Assembly (NCBI GenBank): GCA_963666485.2
Contig: CAXXUO010000001.1
Span: 192,001-256,000 of the forward strand
Direction of reading: 5' to 3'
Length of the DNA stretch: 64,000 bases
DNA from: Syntrophorhabdaceae bacterium
Lineage (GTDB): Bacteria > Desulfobacterota > Syntrophorhabdia > Syntrophorhabdales > Syntrophorhabdaceae
The stretch's first letter is position 1, and each line of letters starts with the position of its first letter. The notes below the pieces were generated by a model. The model did no database searches and was not told the DNA's origin. It worked only from the letters and a program-made list of their open reading frames with translations. The translations under genes and the position numbers were made by a program. Below are positions 53,713 to 62,091 of the stretch, in pieces.

Positions 53713-55654
53713 CTGCGATCATGCCTATTCTGTAACAGCGAAGGCAGCGTGACGCCTCCGTGATCGCCTCATCGGTCCGGAACCCTTCCTCGAACTCTTC
53801 GAACGTCCATTTCCTGACCTCGGGGGCCATCGGCCGAAGCAGCATTCTCGGATGGTCGCCGAGGAACCCGACGTTCTCGTTCTTGTCGTACACCTTGAGC
53901 TGACCGAAGAACTTCACGTACTTTTCGCTTTCCCTGGCCTTTGGCTTCTCGCCTTTCAAATATTCGTCGATCTTCCAGGCCGCGCGCTTGCCGTTCCCGC
54001 AGGCGCGGACGAGGACATCGGGACCCGTTTCGCAGTCGCCGGCCGAGAATATGCCGGGGATGTTCGTCTCGAACGTCTCCTGGTCAACCTGGAAGGTGTT
54101 CCACTTTGTGATCGTGAACTCTTCCTTCTTTTCGAGGAATGACCAGTCGATCGCCTGCCCGATAGCCGGTATCAGGATATCGGTCTCGATCACGAATTCG
54201 GAGCCCGGAACGGGGACCGGCCGCCTGCGGCCGCTGGCGTCCGGCTCGCCGAGTTCCATGCGGATGCACTCGACGCCGACAACCTTGCCGTCCTTCTCGA
54301 TGACGCGTGACGGGTTGCACAGGTAATGGAACTCAACGCCCTCTTCCTCTGCCTCGTGGATCTCGACGGGGTCCGCAGGCATTTCCTTCTTCGTCCGCCT
54401 GTATACGAGGTGGACGTCGGGCTTGCCGATGCGGAACGATGAGCGAACACAGTCCATCGCAACGTTGCCGCCGCCGACAACCACGACCTTTTTCCCCTCG
54501 GGATACGGGTCTTTGCCGTTATTGATGTCGAGCAGGTATTTTACGCCGGCGATAAACCCGCGATAACCTGCGTCCTCACCCTGGACACCCATAGGCTGTG
54601 ACGTATGGGCCCCGACACCGATAAAGATCGCATCGAATTCCTTGCGCAGCTGCTCGAGGGTGATATCCTTTCCCATCTCGACGCCATACTTCATGGTGAC
54701 GCCGAATGATTCAACAAATTTGCCCTCAACGTCAAGGACCATCCTCGGCAGACGATAGTCGGGGATGCCGACGGCGGCCATTCCGCCCGGCTCGCCGAGT
54801 TTCTCGAAGACCGTTACCGGATATCCCATCTGGGCAAGGTAATATGCGCAGGAAAGACCGGCAGGGCCGGCACCGATAACAGCAACCTTCTTTGTTTTAT
54901 CTATCTTCGGCACGATATCGCGCTTGACGTTCTTGTCAATTTCCCAGTCCGCGACAAATCTCTTGAGGCTTTTTATGGAAATGGATTCATCGATGTTCGC
55001 GCGCCGGCAATTCGATTCGCACGGCCTTACGCAGACCCGCCCTAAGGTGCCGGCCATGCAGGTGTTCTCGCGGACGGTCTTGAGCGATTCGGTCATCCTT
55101 CCTTCGCTTATCGCCTCGACGTATGCCGGGATATCGAGCTGGCTCGGACAGACGCTCATGCACGGGGCGGTCACGGAGATCCTGTAATCGCCCGGTTTTG
55201 CCTTGCGGCCTTCGGCTATCGACTTGTCGAACTCGGGGCCGAAGAAATCGAGCGCCTGAAGGAGCGGCACGAAGCCGGTCTGCCCGATCTGGCATTTCGA
55301 CCCGTCCTTGATCTCGGCGGCGATAGCGCGTATCTTGCCGAGGTCTTCTTTCTTGCCCTTGCCGTCGGCGATCCTTTTCAGCGTTCCCAGGATAACCTTG
55401 CTTCCGATCCTGCACGGTATGCACCGGCCGCAGGATTCTTTCTGGACCGCCTCGGCGTACTTCACGGACATATCGATTATGTCCACGTTCTCATCGCAGA
55501 GGATGATGCCGTCCCATCCCATGAACGCCTTTACGGAAAGACCATTCTCGAACTCTCCGGGGAGCTTGACCTTCGGGGCTTCGAAAGACTCACGGGCCTT
55601 GCCCCTATTGTCTATTACCTCACCCTGCCAGGAACTAAAGATCACGTCAGCCAT
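53705..55654 (-). CDS. SfrB-like flavoprotein: NuoF-type 4Fe-4S segment fused to a GltD/NfnB-like domain
   Basis: VIFSSWQG start, ESCGRCIPC, GRVCVRPCE, GAGPAG, GGGNVAMD..YRR, EASRCLRC. Confidence 0.85.
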   Translation of the reverse strand: MADVIFSSWQGEVIDNRGKARESFEAPKVKLPGEFENGLSVKAFMGWDGIILCDENVDIIDMSVKYAEAVQKESCGRCIPCRIGSKVILGTLKRIADGKGKKEDLGKIRAIAAEIKDGSKCQIGQTGFVPLLQALDFFGPEFDKSIAEGRKAKPGDYRISVTAPCMSVCPSQLDIPAYVEAISEGRMTESLKTVRENTCMAGTLGRVCVRPCESNCRRANIDESISIKSLKRFVADWEIDKNVKRDIVPKIDKTKKVAVIGAGPAGLSCAYYLAQMGYPVTVFEKLGEPGGMAAVGIPDYRLPRMVLDVEGKFVESFGVTMKYGVEMGKDITLEQLRKEFDAIFIGVGAHTSQPMGVQGEDAGYRGFIAGVKYLLDINNGKDPYPEGKKVVVVGGGNVAMDCVRSSFRIGKPDVHLVYRRTKKEMPADPVEIHEAEEEGVEFHYLCNPSRVIEKDGKVVGVECIRMELGEPDASGRRRPVPVPGSEFVIETDILIPAIGQAIDWSFLEKKEEFTITKWNTFQVDQETFETNIPGIFSAGDCETGPDVLVRACGNGKRAAWKIDEYLKGEKPKARESEKYVKFFGQLKVYDKNENVGFLGDHPRMLLRPMAPEVRKWTFEEFEEGFRTDEAITEASRCLRCYRIGMIAVG

Positions 55655-55662
55655 AATCTACC

Positions 55663-56835
55663 TTATTTATCTATTTCGCCGAGGACTATGTCGATGCTTC
55701 CTATCGCTGCGACAACGTCGGCGACCAGCGATCCTTCTATCATCTTCGATATCGAGCCGAGGTTCAGGAATGAAGGCGGCCGGATCCTCACCCGGTAGGG
55801 TTTCTCCGTACCGTCGCTCACGATGTAGAACCCGAGTTCGCCCTTCGACGACTCGATAGAGGCGTAAGCCTCGCCTTTGGGCGGCCTGAAGCCGTCCGTC
55901 ATCAACTTGAAATGACGGATGAGCGCCGCCATATCATTCGCCACGTCTTCCTTTTCCGGGGGCACGTACGCCGGGGCGTCCGCTTTGATCGGTCCCTCGG
56001 GAAGTTTGTCGATGGCCTGCTGCACGATCCGTATCGATTGCCTCATCTCCTTCAGCCTGACGAGGTACCGGTCATATACGTCACCCTTCGTTCCGAGAGG
56101 TATCTCGAAATCGAAGTCTTCATAACTGGAGTACGGGTAGGCCTTGCGTACGTCATAGTTGACACCGGAAGCACGGAGCACCGGGCCCGTTACGCCGTAC
56201 GTGATCGCGTCATCGGCGCTCAAGGGACAGACGCCTTTCAGACGGCCTTTCCATATCACGTTCTCTGTGAGCAGGGTCTCGTACTCGTCTATCCTGCCCG
56301 GAAGTTCCTTGATCAAGGCCTGCGCCTCTGCGAGGAAACCTTCAGGCAACTCTTCGCGCAGACCGCCGAAACGTATGTAATCGGGCATGAGCCGTGCGCC
56401 CGAGACCTTTTCCAGGAGCTTCAGGCATGATTCCCTTTCACGGAAACCGTAGAAAAGGACCGTCATGGCACCCATGTCGAGGGCGTGTGTCGATACCCAC
56501 AGGAGATGCGCCGCGATGCGCTGCAATTCGCTCAGCATGACCCGGATGTACTGGGCCCTTTTCGGGATCTCGACGCCGATAAGCTTCTCGACGGCGAGGA
56601 CATACGCGAGGTTGTTGGACATGCCGCTTGTATAGTCGAGCCTGTCGGTCAGCGGCATACCCTGCCAGTACGTTCTGTTCTCGAAGATCTTTTCTATCCC
56701 GCGATGGAGATACCCAATGTCCGGGACGCTTGAAACGATCGTTTCGCCGTCGAGTTCAAGAACCACCCTCAGAACCCCGTGTGTTGCGGGGTGCTGAGGC
56801 CCCATATTGATCGTCATGTACTTTGTGTCAGCCAT
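55663..56835 (-). CDS. nuoD: NADH-quinone oxidoreductase subunit D
   Basis: NMGPQHPATHGVLR, GYLHRGIEK, DRLDY, GEIDK; no NiFe CxxC motifs. Confidence 0.96.
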   Translation of the reverse strand: MADTKYMTINMGPQHPATHGVLRVVLELDGETIVSSVPDIGYLHRGIEKIFENRTYWQGMPLTDRLDYTSGMSNNLAYVLAVEKLIGVEIPKRAQYIRVMLSELQRIAAHLLWVSTHALDMGAMTVLFYGFRERESCLKLLEKVSGARLMPDYIRFGGLREELPEGFLAEAQALIKELPGRIDEYETLLTENVIWKGRLKGVCPLSADDAITYGVTGPVLRASGVNYDVRKAYPYSSYEDFDFEIPLGTKGDVYDRYLVRLKEMRQSIRIVQQAIDKLPEGPIKADAPAYVPPEKEDVANDMAALIRHFKLMTDGFRPPKGEAYASIESSKGELGFYIVSDGTEKPYRVRIRPPSFLNLGSISKMIEGSLVADVVAAIGSIDIVLGEIDK

Positions 56836-57327
56836 TTATGCCTTCTCCAGGTCCACCACGAAACGCTTGTCGAAATCCTTGCCTTCGAGGGGAAACTCCT
56901 TGCACAGGGGATGTCCCTCGAAATCGTCGGGGTTATAGATCCTGCGCAGGTCGGGATGGTTAGCGAACGGCACGCCGAACATGTCGTAAATCTCCCTTTC
57001 GAGGAAATTGGCCGCCGGCCACAGGTCGCTGACCGTTTCTATGCCTTCGTCGCCGCATCTCGTCTTCACCACGATCCGTGCGTTGGTCTTGTGTGAGCGG
57101 AGGATGTACACGATTTCGAAGCGCGCCTCCTCGCCCATGTAATCGATCGCGAACATATCGACGAGCATGTTGAAGCCAAGGTCGCGGTCATATCGGCAAT
57201 GGTCGAGGGCTTCACGGATGCTGGCCTTGTCGACCATCGCGCTCGGCTCGCCGGGAGGGGTCGGTACGATCTTTATCCCGTCGGCCTTGCCGGAGAGTAT
57301 GTCCAAATATTCTTTATTATCGCTCAT
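56836..57327 (-). CDS. nuoC: NADH-quinone oxidoreductase subunit C
   Basis: [28 protein letters not shown] at 57327. Confidence 0.94.
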   Translation of the reverse strand: MSDNKEYLDILSGKADGIKIVPTPPGEPSAMVDKASIREALDHCRYDRDLGFNMLVDMFAIDYMGEEARFEIVYILRSHKTNARIVVKTRCGDEGIETVSDLWPAANFLEREIYDMFGVPFANHPDLRRIYNPDDFEGHPLCKEFPLEGKDFDKRFVVDLEKA

Positions 57328-57818
57328 GCGCTCTTCCCGGGCAGTGATATCAAAGGCCTGTCTTTGATCGTTTCTTTCTGGATCTTCTTCTGCAGTTCTA
57401 TAATACCGGCCAGCAATGCCTCCGGCCTCGGAGGGCATCCGGGGATATATACGTCAACGGGGATTATCTGGTCCACCCCCTGAACAACGCTGTATGACCG
57501 GAAGATACCGCCGGATGACGCGCAGGCGCCGTATGCGATGACCCATTTCGGGTTCGGCATCTGCTCATAGATCCTGCGGACAACGGGGGCCATCTTCTTC
57601 GACAGCGTGCCGGCCACGATCATGAGGTCTGACTGCCTGGGTGACGGGCGGAAGACCTCCGCGCCGAAACGGGCGATATCGTATTCCGCGCAGCTGGCGA
57701 CCATCATTTCGAGGGCGCAGCAGGCAAGGCCGAACGTGACAGGGAAGAGGGAGTTTTTCCGGGACCAGTTTATAAGCCAGTCGACTGTTGATACCAATAC
57801 GTTGTTTTCTATTCCCAT
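57324..57818 (-). CDS. nuoB: NADH-quinone oxidoreductase subunit B
   Basis: [33 protein letters not shown] at 57818. Confidence 0.96.
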   Translation of the reverse strand: MGIENNVLVSTVDWLINWSRKNSLFPVTFGLACCALEMMVASCAEYDIARFGAEVFRPSPRQSDLMIVAGTLSKKMAPVVRRIYEQMPNPKWVIAYGACASSGGIFRSYSVVQGVDQIIPVDVYIPGCPPRPEALLAGIIELQKKIQKETIKDRPLISLPGKSA

Positions 57819-58162
57819 TCCAATGCACCTTTTTTCCAGATATAGAGATATCCTATGAAAAGAATGAACACGAAGATGATCATCTCGACGAACCCGAAAA
57901 GCCCGAGCCGCCGGGTGACCACCGCCCACGGGTACAGGAAGATGATTTCAATGTCGAACACGAGGAAGAGCATGGCAACGATATAATAGCGGATCGTCAT
58001 GATACGCTGGGTCGGCCCGATCGTCGTCATACCGCATTCGTAGGGGGCAAGTTTTGCTTTGGATTTCGTCCTGTGTCCGAGAACATGTGAAAAACCGATT
58101 ATAGCGGCGGCTATGATCCCGGCAAGACACATCATGACAAAGATCGCTACATATTCGAGCAT
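57809..58162 (-). CDS. nuoA: NADH-quinone oxidoreductase subunit A
   Basis: [21 protein letters not shown]. Confidence 0.96.
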   Translation of the reverse strand: MLEYVAIFVMMCLAGIIAAAIIGFSHVLGHRTKSKAKLAPYECGMTTIGPTQRIMTIRYYIVAMLFLVFDIEIIFLYPWAVVTRRLGLFGFVEMIIFVFILFIGYLYIWKKGALEWE

Positions 58163-58229
58163 GTCTCAGGTCCTCTTTAGAAGTCGCTGCATATCAGACA
58201 AAATGACAGAAATGGATTTTTGAGCCACT

Positions 58230-58283
58230 TTGTTCACAATTTCACAATGGCAAACTTTATCTTAATTTTGACAGTCTTGTCAA
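58230..58283 (-). promoter_or_regulatory. nuo promoter (TTGACA-18-TAAAGT) with a candidate Rex operator at 58230-58247
   Basis: TTGTTCACAATTTCACAA lies just downstream of the -10. Confidence 0.55.
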
Positions 58284-58396
58284 TCAGAAAAATAGGAATA
58301 TTTTCACTTTTCGCAGGGGGGCCATGATGTGCCGGAAACGTGTTATTACCTTCATAATGTGTGGAACATCAGATAGTTGCGAAAACAGCACCCGTA

Positions 58397-59449
58397 TCAC
58401 TGGCACTGGATGTAATTGTACGATTTCATTTTTTTTATGAAAGAATCCTTCTTTTCGGTGGGTACATTGACCCTGTACACGCCCTTCGGAAGCTTATACC
58501 TTCTCAGGTGGAGGTTGTTGTTCCGGTACGTCCGGTATGACACCTCCATGGCCTTCGCCAGGATGCACGAGTCGAACTCGTGGCTGGATTCGATGACGAC
58601 CTCGGACAGGAGGGCCGGGCGGTATAATTCCTTCTCGTCAACGCGGAACCCGTAGCGTTCCTTGTTCGCAATGATCTCCTTGAGCGCGAGTATCCTGAAA
58701 ACGTACCGCTCGGTCTCTTCCGGGAGGTACATGTCAAAAAAATCACGCGTCATCTGGTTGTCGATGGCCTCGCGCACCCGTCCGGGGCCGGCATTGTAGG
58801 CGGCCATGGCGAGGAGCCAGTCATTGAACTGGGCGTTGAGCTTCTTGAGATGACCGAGCGCCGAGCGCGTGGATTTTTTCATGTTGAACCTCTCGTCGAC
58901 AATATCATTGACGACGAGGCCCTCCAGCTTTCCCGTCTCCTTCATGAACTGCCACATCCCCCCGGCATTCGCCTTCGAGACCGCCCGGGGGTTCAGGTAG
59001 CTTTCCGTCACCGCGAGGTAAACGAGGTCTGTGGGGACCCCCATGCGCGCAACCTCTTCCGTCATCATGGGCAGGTATTTATAGTAGCGTTTTACGATGA
59101 TCGTGATGAGTCCCCGGTTCTCGAGAAGCTGGAACAGTTCGCGCTCGAACCGTTCCCGGATGTCGCCCCGAAAGATCGGGATCTTCTTGTCGCACAGCAC
59201 GAGATGGTCCGGCAGGGCGTCGAGATTGAAAATATCCGCCTGTCTCTGGAGGCGCAGAACGTCCTTTTCCAGGTCTCCCAACCTTTTGTCGACGGGCTGG
59301 GTGTTCTTCCGGGAGGCGTTCTGGGCGCCGAGGGTGTCCGCGCCGGCAAGAAGCATTGAGAAAAGAATACACGCGACGATACCTGCAATAACAAAAAACC
59401 GCCCCGGCTTTACCGCGGCGGACAGGAATCCGGATAATGCACTTTTCAC
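58397..59449 (-). CDS. MltD-like lytic transglycosylase
   Basis: LAVTES, AGGMWQFM, AAYNAG, LPEETERYV. Confidence 0.9.
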   Translation of the reverse strand: MKSALSGFLSAAVKPGRFFVIAGIVACILFSMLLAGADTLGAQNASRKNTQPVDKRLGDLEKDVLRLQRQADIFNLDALPDHLVLCDKKIPIFRGDIRERFERELFQLLENRGLITIIVKRYYKYLPMMTEEVARMGVPTDLVYLAVTESYLNPRAVSKANAGGMWQFMKETGKLEGLVVNDIVDERFNMKKSTRSALGHLKKLNAQFNDWLLAMAAYNAGPGRVREAIDNQMTRDFFDMYLPEETERYVFRILALKEIIANKERYGFRVDEKELYRPALLSEVVIESSHEFDSCILAKAMEVSYRTYRNNNLHLRRYKLPKGVYRVNVPTEKKDSFIKKMKSYNYIQCQ

Positions 59450-59670
59450 GATTCTTCCCTCACCATCTTCGTCAGGATCGATATTCTGTTCCCCATGCGT
59501 TCGATCACGCGCTTCATCTCGGTCTGCACGGCGGCCAGGTTGTCATATTTCTTCCGGTAGACGGATTCTATCTCCTGTTTCCAGTGGTCGACTATCTCGA
59601 TCTCCTTTTTGTTCATCTCGACATCGAACTTCTTCCGGAGGTCGCGCAGCATCTTCTCGTTAATCTCCAT
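59446..59670 (-). CDS. Hypothetical helical protein
   Basis: 74-aa ORF overlapping both neighbours; GGAG RBS. Confidence 0.7.
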   Translation of the reverse strand: MEINEKMLRDLRKKFDVEMNKKEIEIVDHWKQEIESVYRKKYDNLAAVQTEMKRVIERMGNRISILTKMVREES

Positions 59671-60232
59671 AGGTCTCCTTCTCCTTCTTGCTCATGATAT
59701 ACCGGTACACGAGAATAAACAACAGAACGAGACCCAGGACCACCGGTACGATAATTGTTTCATATTTCTTGATGTCATCGACAAAGACAAGTATGACCCG
59801 TCCGAAAAGATACCCGACCATGCCGACGAGGATGCTCCAGCATACCGAGTTGAGGACACTGTACATAAAAAATTTGCCGGCCTTCATATTCGTGCACCCG
59901 AGGAGTATCAGGACAACTGCCCGGATCCCGACGAGAAAACGGATAATGAAAATAATAAAATTGCCGTAATGCTTAATGATCTTGTCAGCGAGCGGAACTT
60001 TGTGCTTTATAAATTCAAATCGCTCGGTGATGTTCTTGCCGAAGAGCCTGCCGATGGCGAAGAAAGTGCAATCCCCGGCCAGTGTGCCTGCAAAGGCATA
60101 GAACATGACCATCAGGATGTTCATATACCCCAGCCGCGAGAAGATCCCGCCAAGGAGCACCGTTGTTTCACCTTCAAGAAAAGTGCCGATGAAGATACCT
60201 ATGTAACCGTATTTGGCAATATATGCTTCCAT
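59660..60232 (-). CDS. dedA: DedA family membrane protein
   Basis: FLEGET, AGDCTFFAIGR, RFLVGIR. Confidence 0.88.
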   Translation of the reverse strand: MEAYIAKYGYIGIFIGTFLEGETTVLLGGIFSRLGYMNILMVMFYAFAGTLAGDCTFFAIGRLFGKNITERFEFIKHKVPLADKIIKHYGNFIIFIIRFLVGIRAVVLILLGCTNMKAGKFFMYSVLNSVCWSILVGMVGYLFGRVILVFVDDIKKYETIIVPVVLGLVLLFILVYRYIMSKKEKETYGD

Positions 60233-60369
60233 ATTTTGTACAGCGCCGCCTGAAAAAGGCGGCTCCAAAATTATCTCCTTATTGTGGACTTCATTTTATA
60301 AAGATTATTGGCGAATGGTCAAGGATAATAGGCGATAGGCAAGAGGCGACACAATGCACCCCTCCTTTC

Positions 60370-60400
60370 GCCGTTAGCCGTTAGCCGTTAGCCGTTAGCC
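60370..60400. repeat. (GCCGTTA)x4 overlapping the tatC stop codon
   Basis: Read directly. Confidence 0.85.
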
Positions 60401-61102
60401 TTTCGCCCGTCTTTTTTCCACCATCCTCACCAATATTATTCCGATCTCGTAGAAGATATACATCGGGACGGAAAGGAGCATCAGGTTGTATACGTCCGGG
60501 GTCGGCGTTATGATGGCGGCGGCTATGACGATGCCGAGAATGGCATATCTGCGCGTGCGCACGAGCATCTGCGCCTTCACAATGCCTAATTTGCCGAGCG
60601 CAAGAAGGATGAGGGGCACCTCGAACGTTATCCCGAACGCAAATATCATCGTCGAGCAGAACGTGATGTAGCGGTCCATCGATATCATGGCCTTTACGAT
60701 CGCGCTCTCATAATCCGACACCAGGAACTTCACGCCGGACGGGAGCACGATGAAGTAACAGAAAACGCTTCCTCCATAAAAGAGCACCGCCGCGGCGAAC
60801 ACGAGGAGCCATCCGTGGATCTTTTTGATCCCGTACAGGCTTTTGAGCTCATTCCAGGCGAGGAAAAAGACGAAGGGGATGGCGAGAAAGATGCCCGCGA
60901 GCAGGGCAAGCTTGATGCTGCTGAAAAACACCTCGTGAATTGCGAGGTAATAGAGCTTGACGCCCGTCGCCTTAATCATCAGGCGCAGGATATACCGTGA
61001 AAAAATGAAGCTCCCGGTGCCCATAAGCCCTATGAAGATGAGGGATTTGAGGATCACCCGCCGGACCCCCGTCAGGGCCGCTATGACGGTTTCGCGCTGC
61101 AT
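60395..61102 (-). CDS. tatC: Twin-arginine translocase subunit C
   Basis: FGITFEVP, RRYAI, AAIITPTPD, FYEIGI. Confidence 0.92.
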   Translation of the reverse strand: MQRETVIAALTGVRRVILKSLIFIGLMGTGSFIFSRYILRLMIKATGVKLYYLAIHEVFFSSIKLALLAGIFLAIPFVFFLAWNELKSLYGIKKIHGWLLVFAAAVLFYGGSVFCYFIVLPSGVKFLVSDYESAIVKAMISMDRYITFCSTMIFAFGITFEVPLILLALGKLGIVKAQMLVRTRRYAILGIVIAAAIITPTPDVYNLMLLSVPMYIFYEIGIILVRMVEKRRAKG

Positions 61103-61698
61103 GTGAACCCGCTTCGGGACGTTCCCAGCGAGATTATGTATTTCAATGCATCGTCTGTTGCCATGTCGAGGAACAGAAGTTCCGCCTCAGGAGCGAAGAT
61201 GATATATCCGGAGGTCGGGTTCGGTGTGGTGGGGACAAAGACCGAACAATGGCGTGCCCCGTTTAAGTCGACCCGGTTGGTAACGAGCCCTATGGCATAT
61301 CTCCCCTTGAAGGGAAATTCGATGAGGACAACCTCTTTGAAAGATTTTATCTTGTCCGAGGAGAACGCCTCGGTCATATCCTTTACCGATCCGTATATGC
61401 TCTTGATGATCGGGATCCGGGCAACGATCCTTTCCCCTCGCGCAAATATCGTCTTGCCGAAATAGTTCGAGACAAAAACCCCTGTCACGTACGTGATAAC
61501 GATAAAGATCAGGAACGCCGTCCCCGTTACATAGACCTCGCGCTGGAATACCTGGAAGAAAATGTTCCTCAGGGCCGGCCCGATAAAATTCTCGATAAAG
61601 GACACGACGACGTAAATGATATAAGCCGTAACGATCACGGGGATAAGGACGAACAGTCCGGCGATGAATTTCTTTTTAAGATGGTTGGTTATCGACAT
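61081..61698 (-). CDS. DUF502 family membrane protein
   Basis: RIPIIKSIY, VFVPTTPNPTSG. Confidence 0.9.
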   Translation of the reverse strand: MSITNHLKKKFIAGLFVLIPVIVTAYIIYVVVSFIENFIGPALRNIFFQVFQREVYVTGTAFLIFIVITYVTGVFVSNYFGKTIFARGERIVARIPIIKSIYGSVKDMTEAFSSDKIKSFKEVVLIEFPFKGRYAIGLVTNRVDLNGARHCSVFVPTTPNPTSGYIIFAPEAELLFLDMATDDALKYIISLGTSRSGFTCSAKPS

Positions 61699-61751
61699 CG
61701 TGGGGAAATAGTAGCATGAAAAACGGGTAAAAAAAACCGTAAGGCGAGAAG

Positions 61752-62091
61752 CGGCTAACGGCTAACGGCTAACGGCTAACGGCTAACGGAAAAAAACATG
61801 ATCATTGCCGATCGAGAATTGTAAAAAGGTTGGTTGTAACTATTCGTCATTGTGTCCGGGACTAACTTTTTCCCCGTCACCCCGGGCTTGACCCGGGACC
61901 CAAGGTTTTGTTTTTATTTCGTTTTTATTTTTCATTTTGTTCTTAATTTGGTGTGCTAATTATTGCCTGCTGAAAAGAAAAACCTTGGGCCCCGGCTCCT
62001 AGGCCGGGGTGACGGTAGAGAACCGGTTTCGGTTTTTCAGAAGATATCAGACAGGGAAGAGAAGCCGTTAGCCGTTAGCCGTTAGCCGTTA
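61752..62091. repeat. Composite element: (CGGCTAA)x5, inverted REP pair (61875-61905, 61983-62014), (GCCGTTA)x4
   Basis: Read directly. Confidence 0.88.

Noticed and set aside
55663..57818. Group 4 NiFe hydrogenase
   Set aside because: The large subunit lacks both CxxC Ni-binding motifs and has NuoD signatures.
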